DNA of 63,926 nucleotides, filler included, from Thraustochytrium aureum (taxonomy: Eukaryota), in NCBI GenBank assembly GCA_012862495.1. It is 9 parts of 4 records of this genome, joined end to end, with 100 filler letters (N's around TTAATTAATTAA, not from the genome) between each part and the next. Parts side by side here need not be neighbours in the genome. Positions count along the whole stretch, not along the records: positions 1 to 1,217 come from BLSG01000001.1; positions 1,318 to 19,384 come from BLSG01000001.1; 7 more parts are not named here. One strand, 5' to 3'. Shown in pieces: positions 1 to 11,868 of the stretch (its first letter is position 1; each line of letters begins with the position of its first letter). The notes beneath the pieces are model-generated. The model made no database searches. It had not been told where the DNA came from and worked only from the letters and a program-made list of their open reading frames with translations. The position numbers and the translations under genes were made by a program.

Positions 1-1020
1 CTGCTGAGCGTGTGGCGCGACGTCTGGGAGGCCACGAGCTTCGAGCTTGAGAAGCTGCAGACCAACCCGGCCTGCGCTGAGCAAGAGAAGGCAGGACTTG
101 CCTCTCGCACCTCGCCGCCCTACAAGCTAACCTTTGACCCGAACGCAATGCCAGACGACACAGTGCCAGGGCAGGGCGCGGGGCGTCCGCGCGTGGCTGT
201 GTTGCGCGAAGAGGGCTCGAACGGCGATCGCGAGATGGCGGCAGCGTTCACTGCAGCAGGGTTTGAGGCCTGGGACGTGGCCGTTGGCGACCTGCGCACA
301 GGCAAGATCACTCTGGACCGTTTCCAGGGCATCGCCTTTGTGGGCGGGTTTAGCTACGCGGACGTCCTCGACTCGGCCAAGGGCTGGGCCGGCGTGATCC
401 GCTTCAACGAAACAGTCTGGGCAGAGTTCCAAAAGTTTTACAAGCGGCCCGACACGTTCAGCCTGGGTGTTTGCAACGGGTGCCAGCTCATGGCCCTCCT
501 GGGCTGGATTCCGGGCAACGAAGAGACGTACGACCAGGCCAGCCACGACGTCCAGTGGGGCAAGCAGCCGCGGTTTATCCACAACGCATCTGGCCGCTAC
601 GAGTCGAGGTTTGTCTCCGTCAAGGTCCGCGAAGACAACAAGGCGATGATGCTCAGCGGGATGGAAGGGTCTGTACTTGGTGTCTGGGTCGCGCACGGCG
701 AGGGTCGCGTCCACTTTCCTGATGCCGCGGTTCGCACCGTCGTCGAGTCGAACGGCCAGGCGCCCCTCCGTTACGTCGACGACAACGCGGAAGAGACCGA
801 GCAGTACCCGTTCAACCCGAATGGTTCGCCTGCGGGCATTACTGCACTCTGCTCGGAGAATGGGCGCCACCTCGCGCTCATGCCTCACCCGGAGCGCGTG
901 CACCGTCTCTGGCAGTTTCCATGGCTGCCAGAGGAATGGCGCTCGAACTACACGCGTTCGCCGTGGATGAAAATGTTCCACAACGCGTTCGACTGGTGCA
1001 AGACACACAGCGCCGAGTAG
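1..1020 (+). CDS. PFAS: Phosphoribosylformylglycinamidine synthase (FGAM synthase), C-terminal glutaminase domain; 5' partial
   Basis: Motifs EGSNGDREMAAAF, GGFSYADVL, GVCNGCQ (catalytic Cys), AHGEG and MPHPER (catalytic His/Glu). Stop TAG at 1018-1020. Confidence 0.96.
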   Translation: MLSVWRDVWEATSFELEKLQTNPACAEQEKAGLASRTSPPYKLTFDPNAMPDDTVPGQGAGRPRVAVLREEGSNGDREMAAAFTAAGFEAWDVAVGDLRTGKITLDRFQGIAFVGGFSYADVLDSAKGWAGVIRFNETVWAEFQKFYKRPDTFSLGVCNGCQLMALLGWIPGNEETYDQASHDVQWGKQPRFIHNASGRYESRFVSVKVREDNKAMMLSGMEGSVLGVWVAHGEGRVHFPDAAVRTVVESNGQAPLRYVDDNAEETEQYPFNPNGSPAGITALCSENGRHLALMPHPERVHRLWQFPWLPEEWRSNYTRSPWMKMFHNAFDWCKTHSAE

Positions 1021-1261
1021 GCGCTGCGCCAGTGCACACGCAGTCTCTGGAGTGCTGTTCCGCGCCGTCGTGTCCAACTTTCTTCGTTCTGCTTAGCACC
1101 GCTCTGCGAAAGCCCGGAGCCGCTTCTCCGGTCCAGTCGCCTGCCGGTGCGATCGTGCGGTCCCTGCATTCCTCCTAACCAATGAGCCAATGAATGAAAG
1201 TCTCCGTTCGACCGCAANNNNNNNNNNNNNNNNNNNNNNNNNNNNNNNNNNNNNNNNNNNN

Positions 1262-1273
1262 TTAATTAATTAA
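1262..1273. other. Artificial scaffold-joining linker TTAATTAATTAA flanked by N runs (also at 19429-19440, 37951-37962, 41326-41337, 47390-47401, 52587-52598, 60522-60533, 61685-61696)
   Basis: Identical 12-mer with stops in all six frames, always embedded in N runs of near-constant length. Genes are truncated at several of these joins. Confidence 0.97.
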
Positions 1274-1317
1274 NNNNNNNNNNNNNNNNNNNNNNNNNNN
1301 NNNNNNNNNNNNNNNNN

Positions 1318-3700
1318 CGGTTTTCTCGTGGAGCCGGAATGCGTTAAACCAGAGCGGACCGTACCGGGGGATCTCCTTGAGACCCTTTTCGACGATGGCG
1401 ATGGCGCGCTCAAACTCCTCGTTCTTCTCCTCAAACTTTGTTGCCTCGTAGTAGATCGGGCCGTACCAGGGCACGTGCTGCATGAGGTACTTGAATACCT
1501 TGCGCGCCACCACAATGTTGCCCGCGCGGGCCTCGAGCAGGGCGCCCTCAGTATGGTCCGCCACGTCTTGTCAACGCTCTGGTTGCGCAGCCTCGCGAGG
1601 AGGGCGCGAGCGCGCTGCAAGTTGCCCATGCGCTCCTCGTGCTTGATCGCCTTGGTGAGCAGCTGCTCGGCGTAGTTGCAAAACTCGAGCCCCTGGTGGA
1701 GAATCAGGCGGCACTGGTGCAGCCGGCCGCACTCCTCCTCCATCTTGGAGTACTCTAGCCAGCCCTGGTGCGCGAAGGGCTGCGTCTGGTTTACTAATTG
1801 GTAGAGCCGGCGCGCCTCTGGGAACCGATTCTCGCGCTTGGCCAGGTCGGCCATCTCCAGGTAGATTTTCCAGTGAATCCGCTCAGGGACGTCCTTGGAG
1901 TTTAGGGCCTGCTGCGCGTACGCAAAGGCGGCTTCGTACCCGTCCTTCTCCCTGGAGCGAAACGTCTTGTAAAAGTCCTTGAACACGCCGCGAGTGTGCG
2001 GGCTCTCTTCAAGCTCTTGGCGCTTCTTGTTGGCAAACGCTTCCCGGGAGGCTTGGCTCTCTTGCGACCCTGAGGCCGAGCTGCGTTGGCTGTCGATCGA
2101 GTGAGATACGGGCCTGCTCTGCGAGCCCGTCTTGCTCGCGGTGCCAGCATCGCGACCGACGTCTTTTCGCTCCTCCTCCACTCCCTCTTCCTCGTTCATG
2201 GAGGCGAGGCCACCTGTGCGGCCAGCGCGCTGGTTTGTGTTCGCCAGCGGCTGCCTACCATCCCGGTAGTACGGGTTGACGCTTGCGTTGGCCGCACTCG
2301 AGCCCGCCTCGTTGCGCAGAACCGCCTCTCTCTGTGCCGGCGGCTGGGAGCCCTGCGACGCCGCCTTTGCATAGCTGGCCAGACCTGCGCCCCGGTTGGC
2401 ACTAGTAGCACGGGTCGCCCTGGCGTAGTCGCCGTAGCCCAGAGGCTGGCTCTGCACTGCCGCCGAGTGGGGCGGCGTCTGCTCTTCGTCGACATAGTCT
2501 GAAACGGGGGGTTTCATCTGCACTTGGAACCCGGCGGGGGGGCCGCCCATCCGTGAATGCAAGGCCGAGGATCCCTCATGCTCGTCACCGAGCCCAGACC
2601 CTGTGTGCTCGTCGCTGAACCGCCCGTATGGGCTTTGAGGAAAGTGCGACGATGACACGTGCCCGTAGACCCCGCCGCCGGGAAGGTCTGCAGCATGGTT
2701 CACCCCGACAAAGCCCTGGAATCCTCCGTTCGGAGAGCCCCCAGCCATCCCTTGGCTGGGGCCACCGTGAAACCCATAAAGCGGTTGAGGCATTCCGGGC
2801 ATCCCCATCCCAGGCGGCCCACCGTGCATGCGCTGTTGGTGCTGTTGGTGCTGGCGATCCTGCGCGATTCCAGGTGGCGCGCCTAGCTCTTCCGACTGAA
2901 GGAACGGCGCAGAGAAATCAAGGCTACGAATCGTGCTTGCGCCGCTGTAGTCAAAGTCGCAACCGGCGTCCCCGTCTTCTCCAAAGTTGTTCGGAGGCAG
3001 GGTTTGACCTTGCGGCAGCTGCTCGTACCAGGCGCTAGCCTGCTGTTGCTGCATGGTCCCGGCAATAGTGCCCTGGCTGCTTCCATACAAGGGGACGCCG
3101 TATGGGTTGGCGAACGGCTGCGGGTCCTCGGTAAAGTTTGTTGGCGTGAGGCCGGTCTTCCCTGGAGGATAGTTGAACCCGAGACCCATACCGGAACGGA
3201 TTTGGCGGACTCGGCCCGGCGTTCTCATGCGGGCCAGGTGTCCGGTGCTTGGTTCGAACAGCCTCGTGCCAGTTCGCTTGTTGCGGAGGATGATTGTGTC
3301 CTGCACCTTGGCCCATGCGCGGATGCTGTTGCTGTTGCTGCTGCTGCAGGAGCAGAAGTTGCTGCTGATAAAACATTTCCTGGTTCTGCCCCCCCGGGGT
3401 GAACGCCGCCACGTTTGCGTTCAACTGGCTCGCTGGCGGCGCGTCCAGGAACGAGGACCCATCCCCACCAAACACGTTCTGGCCCATCAACCCGCTGAAG
3501 CGGTGGACCATATCGTCGTACTCGACCTGGCTTGCACCACCCAGGTGCTGCCCTTGCCGCTCACCGAGCATACCCGCGCCTGGTGCGGCCGTGGCGTTGG
3601 CTGCCGGCCCTGGCAACCCCTGCCGGCCAAAGATCCCCTGCACCTCATCATCCTCCGACTCGTCGACGGTCTGCGCGACCCACGGCTGGTCGTGGTACAT
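1318..3700 (-). CDS. HAT/TPR-repeat protein with long Q/G/P-rich disordered N-terminus; 3' truncated by scaffold end
   Basis: ORFs 3035-3700, 1270-3306 and 1262-1564 join through single indels near 3192 and 1549. Helical repeats include HWKIYLEMADLAKR, QGWLEYSKMEEECG, WRTI(L)EGALLEARAG and WYGPIYYEATKFEE. Confidence 0.8.
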
Positions 3701-4939
3701 TCTCCTCCTACCCTCACCCTTCTACGTATCCCCGCGCCGCCGCCGCCGGCCCGCCCGCAGCGTCCCTCGGGCGCTTCGANNNNNNNNNNNNNNNNNNNNN
3801 NNNNNNNNNNNNNNNNNNNNNNNNNNNNNNNNNNNNNNNNNNNNNNNNNNNNNNNNNNNNNNNNNNNNNNNNNNNNNNNNNNNNNNNNNNNNNNNNNNNN
3901 NNNNNNNNNNNNNNNNNNNNNNNNNNNNNNNNNNNNNNNNNNNNNNNNNNNNNNNNNNNNNNNNNNNNNNNNNNNNNNNNNNNNNNNNNNNNNNNNNNNN
4001 NNNNNNNNNNNNNNNNNNNNNNNNNNNNNNNNNNNNNNNNNNNNNNNNNNNNNNNNNNNNNNNNNNNNNNNNNNNNNNNNNNNNNNNNNNNNNNNNNNNN
4101 NNNNNNNNNNNNNNNNNNNNNNNNNNNNNNNNNNNNNNNNNNNNNNNNNNNNNNNNNNNNNNNNNNNNNNNNNNNNNNNNNNNNNNNNNNNNNNNNNNNN
4201 NNNNNNNNNNNNNNNNNNNNNNNNNNNNNNNNNNNNNNNNNNNNNNNNNNNNNNNNNNNNNNNNNNNNNNNNNNNNNNNNNNNNNNNNNNNNNNNNNNNN
4301 NNNNNNNNNNNNNNNNNNNNNNNNNNNNNNNNNNNNNNNNNNNNNNNNNNNNNNNNNNNNNNNNNNNNNNNNNNNNNNNNNNNNNNNNNNNNNNNNNNNN
4401 NNNNNNNNNNNNNNNNNNNNNNNNNNNNNNNNNNNNNNNNNNNNNNNNNNNNNNNNNNNNNNNNNNNNNNNNNNNNNNNNNNNNNNNNNNNNNNNNNNNN
4501 NNNNNNNNNNNNNNNNNNNNNNNNNNNNNNNNNNNNNNNNNNNNNNNNNNNNNNNNNNNNNNNNNNNNNNNNNNNNNNNNNNNNNNNNNNNNNNNNNNNN
4601 NNNNNNNNNNNNNNNNNNNNNNNNNNNNNNNNNNNNNNNNNNNNNNNNNNNNNNNNNNNNNNNNNNNNNNNNNNNNNNNNNNNNNNNNNNNNNNNNNNNN
4701 NNNNNNNNNNNNNNNNNNNNNNNNNNNNNNNNNNNNNCATGCGAGCACGAGGACGAGAAGACTGCAAGCGGGGGGAGAAGTGCTGAAGGGTGTTCGGTTG
4801 TCGTTGTTTGGGTGGGTGTAACAAAAAAGTGCCACTCAAAACGCCACGGTCGGCAGACCGCCGCGTTGATCATCGTGCGCTGGCAGGGTCGGTCAGGCGG
4901 GCAGACGCAGCTTGTTGCGATAGGCAAGCGCAGGTCAGA

Positions 4940-5329
4940 TCAGATGAGCAGCTTCTCGATGTCGAGCTTGAGCTGCTGGATCTGCTTGTTGATCTGCGAG
5001 CTCTCGTTGCTCGTCACGCTGCAGGCGATGACCGGGCGCGACACGCCGCAGGCGCGCCCGAGCGCCGTCTTGGACGAGACAAACACGTAGGGCACGTTCT
5101 TGTCCTCGCACAGCAGCGGCAGGTGCAGCAGGATGGCCAGCGGCTCCGCGTCGGCCGCCATCACCACAAACTCGCTGATGCCGCGGTTGAGCGTCTTGGT
5201 CGCCTCGTTCGCGCCCTTCTTCAGCTGCTTAAAGTTGGCCGCCTGCTGCACCAAGTCGAGAATCGTCACCGACAGGTCCTCGCCGGAGAGCGGGTACGCC
5301 CGCGGGTCCACCTTTTCATCCTTGCCCAT
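4940..5329 (-). CDS. SNU13: Snu13/NHP2L1 (15.5K) K-turn RNA-binding protein, L7Ae family
   Basis: Intact 129-aa ORF with [38 protein letters not shown] and [14 protein letters not shown]. Confidence 0.97.
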   Translation of the reverse strand: MGKDEKVDPRAYPLSGEDLSVTILDLVQQAANFKQLKKGANEATKTLNRGISEFVVMAADAEPLAILLHLPLLCEDKNVPYVFVSSKTALGRACGVSRPVIACSVTSNESSQINKQIQQLKLDIEKLLI

Positions 5330-5862
5330 CGTGCCTGGACGCGCTCGCTTCCTCCTGCTCCTCCTGCCGCTCGCTCAACTCCACTCGACTCAACCTGCGC
5401 TGCCTCTTGTTCACGTTCGAGCTCTGCCGCGCGCCGCGACCACTGGACCGCCAAAACCACCCGTGTCCGCCGAACAACGAAGCACTCCCTGGGCCCCTTC
5501 TTGGTGCATTAACCCTCTAAAATAAAGTATCAATATAAAGTGTTATATATATTGNNNNNNNNNNNNNNNNNNNNNNNNNNNNNNNNNNNNNNNNNNNNNN
5601 NNNNNNNNNNNNNNNNNNNNNNNNNNNNNNNNNNNNNNNNNNNNNNNNNNNNNNNNNNNNNNNNNNNNNNNNNNNNNNNNNNNNNNNNNNNNNNNNNNNN
5701 NNNNNNNNNNNNNNNNNNNNNNNNNNNNNNNNNNNNNNNNNNNNNNNNNNNNNNNNNNNNNNNNNNNNNNNNNNNNNNNNNNNNNNNNNNNNNNNNNNNN
5801 NNNNNNNNNNNNNNNNNNNNNNNNNNNNNNNNNNNNNNNNNNNNNNNNNNNNNNNNNNNNNN

Positions 5863-6593
5863 CGCGAAGCGGTCCAGAGATGCACAACGATGCTGACGCG
5901 GCGCTCGCCGGCGTGGGAGCGAAGATGATTTCGGCGGAGGAGGAGGAGTGGTACTTGTCGTGCATAGCCAGCAGCGACCCGGTGACGGCGGCTGCAGCGG
6001 CGCAGGCCATGCTGGAGGCTGGGCACGTGCAAGAGGTTCGCAAGTTTAACGACTTGGAACGTCGGGCGCGCAAGCTGTGTTCGCTGTGCGAGGTCAAGTT
6101 TGAGCCCTCGTCGATGCAGAGCAGAGTTACGAAAAAGAGAATCGTCGAGTGGCGGCGGGCGCGCGGGGTGCTCATGAAAAGCGTCAGCCCGTACACCCTC
6201 TACGACTACGTCCCAGTGTGCCGCTTCTGCGCCCAGTTCTTTTCATCGTGCGGCGGGACTCCTGCAACTTTGCGCAAGCGAGGCGCGGCAAAGGCCCCTG
6301 GCGGCGGCAAGTCGTCCAAACCAGGCAAGCAGAGCCCAGCCCGAACTGGCTTGCCACAATCTGGCCCGCCGAAGGTCGACAGCGTCTCTGAAGATGGCGG
6401 AATTGGCGCGCATTGTGGAGAAGACAGCGTCGACTGGAGGTACGAAGGCGGCAGCGCTGGAGTGCCGCAAATCCATCGCCGCGCTCCGCCTCGACCGATG
6501 ATTTTCGCCAACGAAGACCGCACAGCGCCATCCTTGGACGCCTGGTACTTTGCCCCAGCGTTCTCGGCAGGGCCTGGCAACTTGACTATGTAG
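5863..6593 (+). CDS. Hypothetical protein with paired CxxC motifs (putative Zn-binding); probably 5' partial
   Basis: Open frame from the gap edge with CSLCEVKF...LYDYVPVCRFCAQFF, followed by a low-complexity tail. Confidence 0.6.
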
Positions 6594-7010
6594 AAAGGAA
6601 TGGGAAAAAAATGGACCCGAGAAGCATGAGCACGCGGCCTCCGTCGTCGCGCGCAGTGATGTCCCGCCACCGGCTGCCAAGTGAGGCAGCCGAGTGGTTG
6701 GCCCAGTAGCACCATGGACAATCTGTCATTCCTGTTGTTGTTTTTCCTTTCAAGATCTCAATCAATCAATCTTGATTCAAAAGAAGAAAAATTGGACGAA
6801 TGAGCGCTGGCCAGTTCGCGAACGGGCGGACGCGGCGCTTGCGGTGGTGGGGCTTGGTGGTCTGCGGCGCTTGCGCGACAGCAAGCTCGCACCGGCAACT
6901 TAAAAGCACGAATTGCAGCGTCTCGGCTCAACATTTCTTTTTAAAGTTCCTCGTCAACGTCATCTGGTCGGCGCCAGTTATAGCCCAATGCACGGTTCGC
7001 GGCCCTCGCC

Positions 7011-10000
7011 TCACTGCTCGCGGTCCGCCAAAAGCTTGTCAACGAGGCCGTCAAGGTCGGGCGCAGCAGACTCGCCAAGCGCACTACCAGAAAGGATGGC
7101 GTAGGCGCGCACAAACTCGCGGCGCATGAGCTTAAACTCTTTGTCGCGCACCACGTGCGCAACGTCGTAGCCAGTCTCAAACGGGTCCTCGATCGCCATG
7201 CGCTGGTGCAACTTCCACGAGTCCTCGCTCGCTTTGGTCTCCTTGGAGACCAGCGAGGCGTCACGGATGCCGATCACGTGCCGTCGCCAGTCAAACCCGA
7301 ACGCCAGAGTCCAGAAGAACCGGAGCAGCAGAGACGGGAGCGAGTCAGTGTTGCGCGACGCAAACTGACGCAAGCGCCCGAAAGCTGCGCGCTGCGCGTC
7401 AGGCCCGGCAAAGTGGCGGCTCTGCGGGTCGGCGTAAAAGTAAGTGTTGTGCTGCTTGCCATCGTTGCTTTGCACGAGGACGAGTGGGCAGATCGGCTCG
7501 TCTGCAGGATGCGGGACCACAGCGCCGTCCCAGTCGGGCGGCAGCGCCTGCAGCGGGGGGAGCACAGGGACGTCGAGGTGCTGCAGAAAGTGGATGAGGA
7601 TAAGCACGTACCCGTAGCTCGAGAGAGTGCGCTGCGCCGGGTTGTTGATGTTGCGGCGCTTGGTCCAAGCCTTGACCACGTACGCGAGCTGGCGAAGCCT
7701 CGGGTCAATCAAGGCGTACGCCCGAAGCAGCAAGGTGTTTCGAATGGCGAGCCGGTTGTCGATGCAGATGTCGCACTCGAGCGCCATCGCTGGGTGCCGA
7801 AACTGCAGAATGGGGATCCGCGCCGTCTTGCGCGAGTCATCCACGGCATCGAAACTGTGCTTGCTGAGCGTCGCGGCCAGGTCCGTCACGGCCCGCTCAG
7901 CAGAGGGCGCGCCGTCCTGTTCCGTCGGACTGTCGTCGTTCATGGCATCCGGCCAACGCGCGCCCCGCGGGATCAAGACAAGGCACATGTCGAGGTCGGA
8001 TGTGGCAGTTCCAAAGCAGTTCACCGAGCTCCCGAACGGCACGAGCTTGCCGTCGCAGCCCCAGCCCCGCGTAACGTCGTTCACTATGCTCTGGAGCTCC
8101 TCCACGAAGGCGAGCCGCTCCCGCTCGACCTCGGGACCGGGCGCGAGCTGAGCAAACAGCCCGCTGGCAGCGGAACCGATGGCGCGGAGCCGCTCTGCGT
8201 GCTCGGCGCTGTCAAAGTCGATGAAATGACGAAGCTCGCGCGGCGACGCGAGAAACCGCATGGAAAAAGTCGGTCGCATAGTGCGACGCGAGCGCCGCGT
8301 TCGAGGGAAAGAACACCTCGTCAACAGGGCAGTACATGCAAAGAATGCTCTCAATGTGGTCGCGCTCCTTGACCCCCAGCAGAGTGTGGATCGCTTCGCA
8401 CCCGAGGAAGGCCACAAGCACGGCTCGCAGCGAGCTGGAAAGCGTAGCTCGGTCCCGAAGGTTTTGGCTCAGAGAGCGCTCTGCGTTTTGCAACCGGTCC
8501 TTGGCATCCTTCCATCTCGCGAATTCCTCATCGCTCATCATGCCCACGGGCACACCGTCGTCCTCGTCCAGCGGGGCGGGGGCGATCTCCAGTTCCTCCG
8601 TTCGCTATGTCCTCCTCGCGCTGGCGCTGCATGGATTCGTCTTTGAGCCTCTCCTTGTATTCGTTCAGGACCNNNNNNNNNNNNNNNNNNNNNNNNNNNN
8701 NNNNNNNNNNNNNNNNNNNNNNNNNNNNNNNNNNNNNNNNNNNNNNNNNNNNNNNNNNNNNNNNNNNNNNNNNNNNNNNNNNNNNNNNNNNNNNNNNNNN
8801 NNNNNNNNNNNNNNNNNNNNNNNNNNNNNNNNNNNNNNNNNNNNNNNNNNNNNNNNNNNNNNNNNNNNNNNNNNNNNNNNNNNNNNNNNNNNNNNNNNNN
8901 NNNNNNNNNNNNNNNNNNNNNNNNNNNNNNNNNNNNNNNNNNNNNNNNNNNNNNNNNNNNNNNNNNNNNNNNNNNNNNNNNNNNNNNNNNNNNNNNNNNN
9001 NNNNNNNNNNNNNNNNNNNNNNNNNNNNNNNNNNNNNNNNNNNNNNNNNNNNNNNNNNNNNNNNNNNNNNNNNNNNNNNNNNNNNNNNNNNNNNNNNNNN
9101 NNNNNNNNNNNNNNNNNNNNNNNNNNNNNNNNNNNNNNNNNNNNNNNNNNNNNNNNNNNNNNNNNNNNNNNNNNNNNNNNNNNNNNNNNNNNNNNNNNNN
9201 NNNNNNNNNNNNNNNNNNNNNNNNNNNNNNNNNNNNNNNNNNNNNNNNNNNNNNNNNNNNNNNNNNNNNNNNNNNNNNNNNNNNNNTGCTGCTGCTGCTG
9301 CTGCCGCAGTTGCATTTGCTGCACTTGCTGCATTTGCTGCTGTTGTTGCAGCTGCTGAACTCGCTCAGCCTCTTCTTGCCTCCGCTTCATCTGAAGCTGT
9401 TGTTGCTGCTGCAAACCGTGTTGCAGATGTTGGGTGGTCTCTGCGTAGGGCATGCCCCCAACGTCGCCAGGGCGCGAGTAGGACCTGCTTCCAACAGCGT
9501 CAAGGCTTGGGCTGAAGCGAGTTGCCCATGTGGCTGGCTGGCCCGGCGTCGCGCATCGGCAGAAGACCCATCGAACCGAGCTCGCTGCCAAGCCGCTGCT
9601 GCTGCTGCTGCTGCTGCTGGGACTGCGCGATGCTGGCTAAGAAGGGCGAGTGCGAAACGCCCATCGCGCTGCTCGCCCCGTAGGGCGGGCTGTGATCGTT
9701 TGGCCCGAGGACCCCCGAGCCGCTCGCGTATTGCTGGTGCATTCCAGGTCTGCTTTGACCCATCATCTGACGTTCCAGCTCTTCCATTGTGAGCATGCGA
9801 GGCTGCCCACTGTTGCCTGGCGGCGCGTAGTGCACCCTCTGAGTGTGGCTGTCAAGCCAGCGCTGTTGTTGTTGCTGCTGCTGCAGTTGTTGTTGTTGTT
9901 GCTGCTGCTGTTGCTGCTGTAGCTGTTGTTGCTGCAGCTGTTGATGGCCCGGGTTGCTGCCAGCGAAAAAGGTACTGCCTTTCGCGAGACCAGGCGGTCC

Positions 10001-10645
10001 TGCGCCTCTCTGCGAAGGGCCACTCAATCTCATGTCGCCGAAACCGGCCAAAAGCTGACTTGGGTCGCCCGGGTATCGCTGTTCGCTTCGGGAAGGCAAC
10101 GACATGTAAGATCCGGGTGCAAGTTGGGGGGAGTCTTGATCTTGGTGATAGTGCTGGGGCGTTGAATGCTGCTCGTGTTGCTGAGCGACGCTGAATCCCC
10201 CGAACGAGCTAAACATCGGGTTGAACGCAGAGCTGCCTGGGCCACCAAATCCAGGGAGGGGGGGCATGACATTCGGGCCCTGCGTAGAAGACGCGAACGG
10301 CCCGCCCATCGCGTGGTACGATTCGCCGTTTCTGTTGCTAGTGCCGCTCCCGATCCCTGGCGGCGCGATAGGCGGCGAGCTCGAGCTGTCCTGGCCAATG
10401 GTCTGTTGAGTGGGCTGTCTTGACGTTGGCGGGGGGCCCAGCGGCGGTGCCGGCGGGAAATGTTGAAACAGTTCACTGCTGTGGTGCTGTTGCTGCTGCT
10501 GCTGTTGCAACCTCTGCGCCGCAAGCTGGCCAGCGCTCATCGGTTCCCCAAAGGCGGCGTTGCCGAACCCTCCACTGCTCTGCTGGTACATCCCGTCAAA
10601 GCCCGCTCCACCATGAAACCCGCCTCCCCCGCCCGTACCTTCCAT
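7011..10645 (-). CDS. Cid1/URT1-like terminal nucleotidyltransferase (TUTase family) with Q-rich disordered N-terminus and a C2H2-like finger; spans a gap and several indels
   Basis: Catalytic core PFGSSVNCFGTATSDLD, ARIPIL, ECDICIDNRLAIRNTLLL, TLSSYGY and MAIEDPFETGYDVA. Upstream same-strand frames (8212-8553, 8665-9591, 9500-10645) run on collinearly. Joining them into one gene is an inference. Confidence 0.85.
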
Positions 10646-10825
10646 GCGTCCTTCCCCGTCCCATCAACCGCGCACCTCCTCGTTCGTCGCGGCCGTGTCC
10701 TCGCCAGCGAGCGCTTTTTCAGCAACCGTCCGTGAGCGTCTCGGGCTCGAGCCCTCGCCGCGCCCAGCCGCCCAGCCGGTCTATCCGCCAGCTGCCCTCT
10801 ATCTGCCACTGCTGCTACCTCGCCC

Positions 10826-10826
10826 G

Positions 10827-10858
<32 letters not shown>
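10826..10858 (+). repeat. (GCCT)n tetranucleotide microsatellite; similar (GCTT)n at about 11092-11118 and (GGAA)n at about 11632-11652
   Basis: Directly visible tandem repeats in the intergenic region between the divergent TUTase and RRM genes. Confidence 0.9.
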
Positions 10859-11779
10859 CTCTCCTCCGTGCCCTGCGCGCCTCCGTTGCGGCTCTGCCCG
10901 CTGTGGTGTGGAGGCTCTTGTGCGCGTCCCATGTCCGATGCGGCCTCCCAGGCGTTCTTCGAGGAGGATACCCGCGCGTCGTGGAGGGAGCGATGATTCC
11001 GGACTCGCTCTGCTTCCGAGCGGGCATCCCATGCCGCGCTGGACTGTCTGGCTACCGGACGCAGCGCCTGGCAGGCTGCCTCGGAGGGGTCTGCTTGCTT
11101 GCTTGCTTGCTTGCTTGCTGCAGAGGGCCGGCCGAGCTGCGAGCGAGGCATGCTCGAGCGGCAGGTTGAGGCAGGTTGCAAGTCGAGTTGACGCGTGGGA
11201 GTACTCTTGAAAGTAAAGTACTGCATTGCAGGTACTCGAGTTGATGATAGATGCGCGGCGAGAACCGCTCGCTGCCGAGGCGCAGCGGCTTGAGCCATGA
11301 TGATCCGAATTCCTCGAGTACAAATGGCCAAGGCCCAATCAACGCTGCCAAGACTCACTTTGACTTTTCCGCGCTGCGTCGAAGTCAGCGAGCGAGCGCC
11401 CTCTTCCGTCGAAGCCGTGCGGACTGAGCCCGGCCGGCCGACGTTCGCCCGAGCGCGCTCGGCGCACAAGGTCACCTGAACCCTGTTCTGGCGTGAAGTT
11501 GAAGTTCCAGATGAACAGCTCGTTTTGTTCGACTGTGCAGAACGCTTTTGAAGCGCGGCGACTGGCCCGAGCCCCAGCGTGCGCGGCAACTCCGAAAGCG
11601 AGCGCGAATTCACGTCTGCCACGCCGGCCGCGGAAGGAAGGAAGGAAGGAAGGAGCGACCGAGCGATCCGCGCGCACGAGCCGCCCCGCGCCTTGCTGCC
11701 TTCTTGCCCGTCTTCCTGTCCTCGGGCGGGCGCGGTCGAGTGCCGGCGGTTGTGGTGTTTTTTGGGGGGGATTGTCGAG

Positions 11780-11837
11780 ATGGCCAAGTCCGAGCCTGAG
11801 CGCGAGGACGGCGCTGCCTCCGGGGAGGAGTCTGATG

Positions 11838-11868
<31 letters not shown>

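Noticed and set aside
3780..4737. Long ORFs in the supplied track that run through X stretches
   Set aside because: These are artefacts of translating N gaps without stops.
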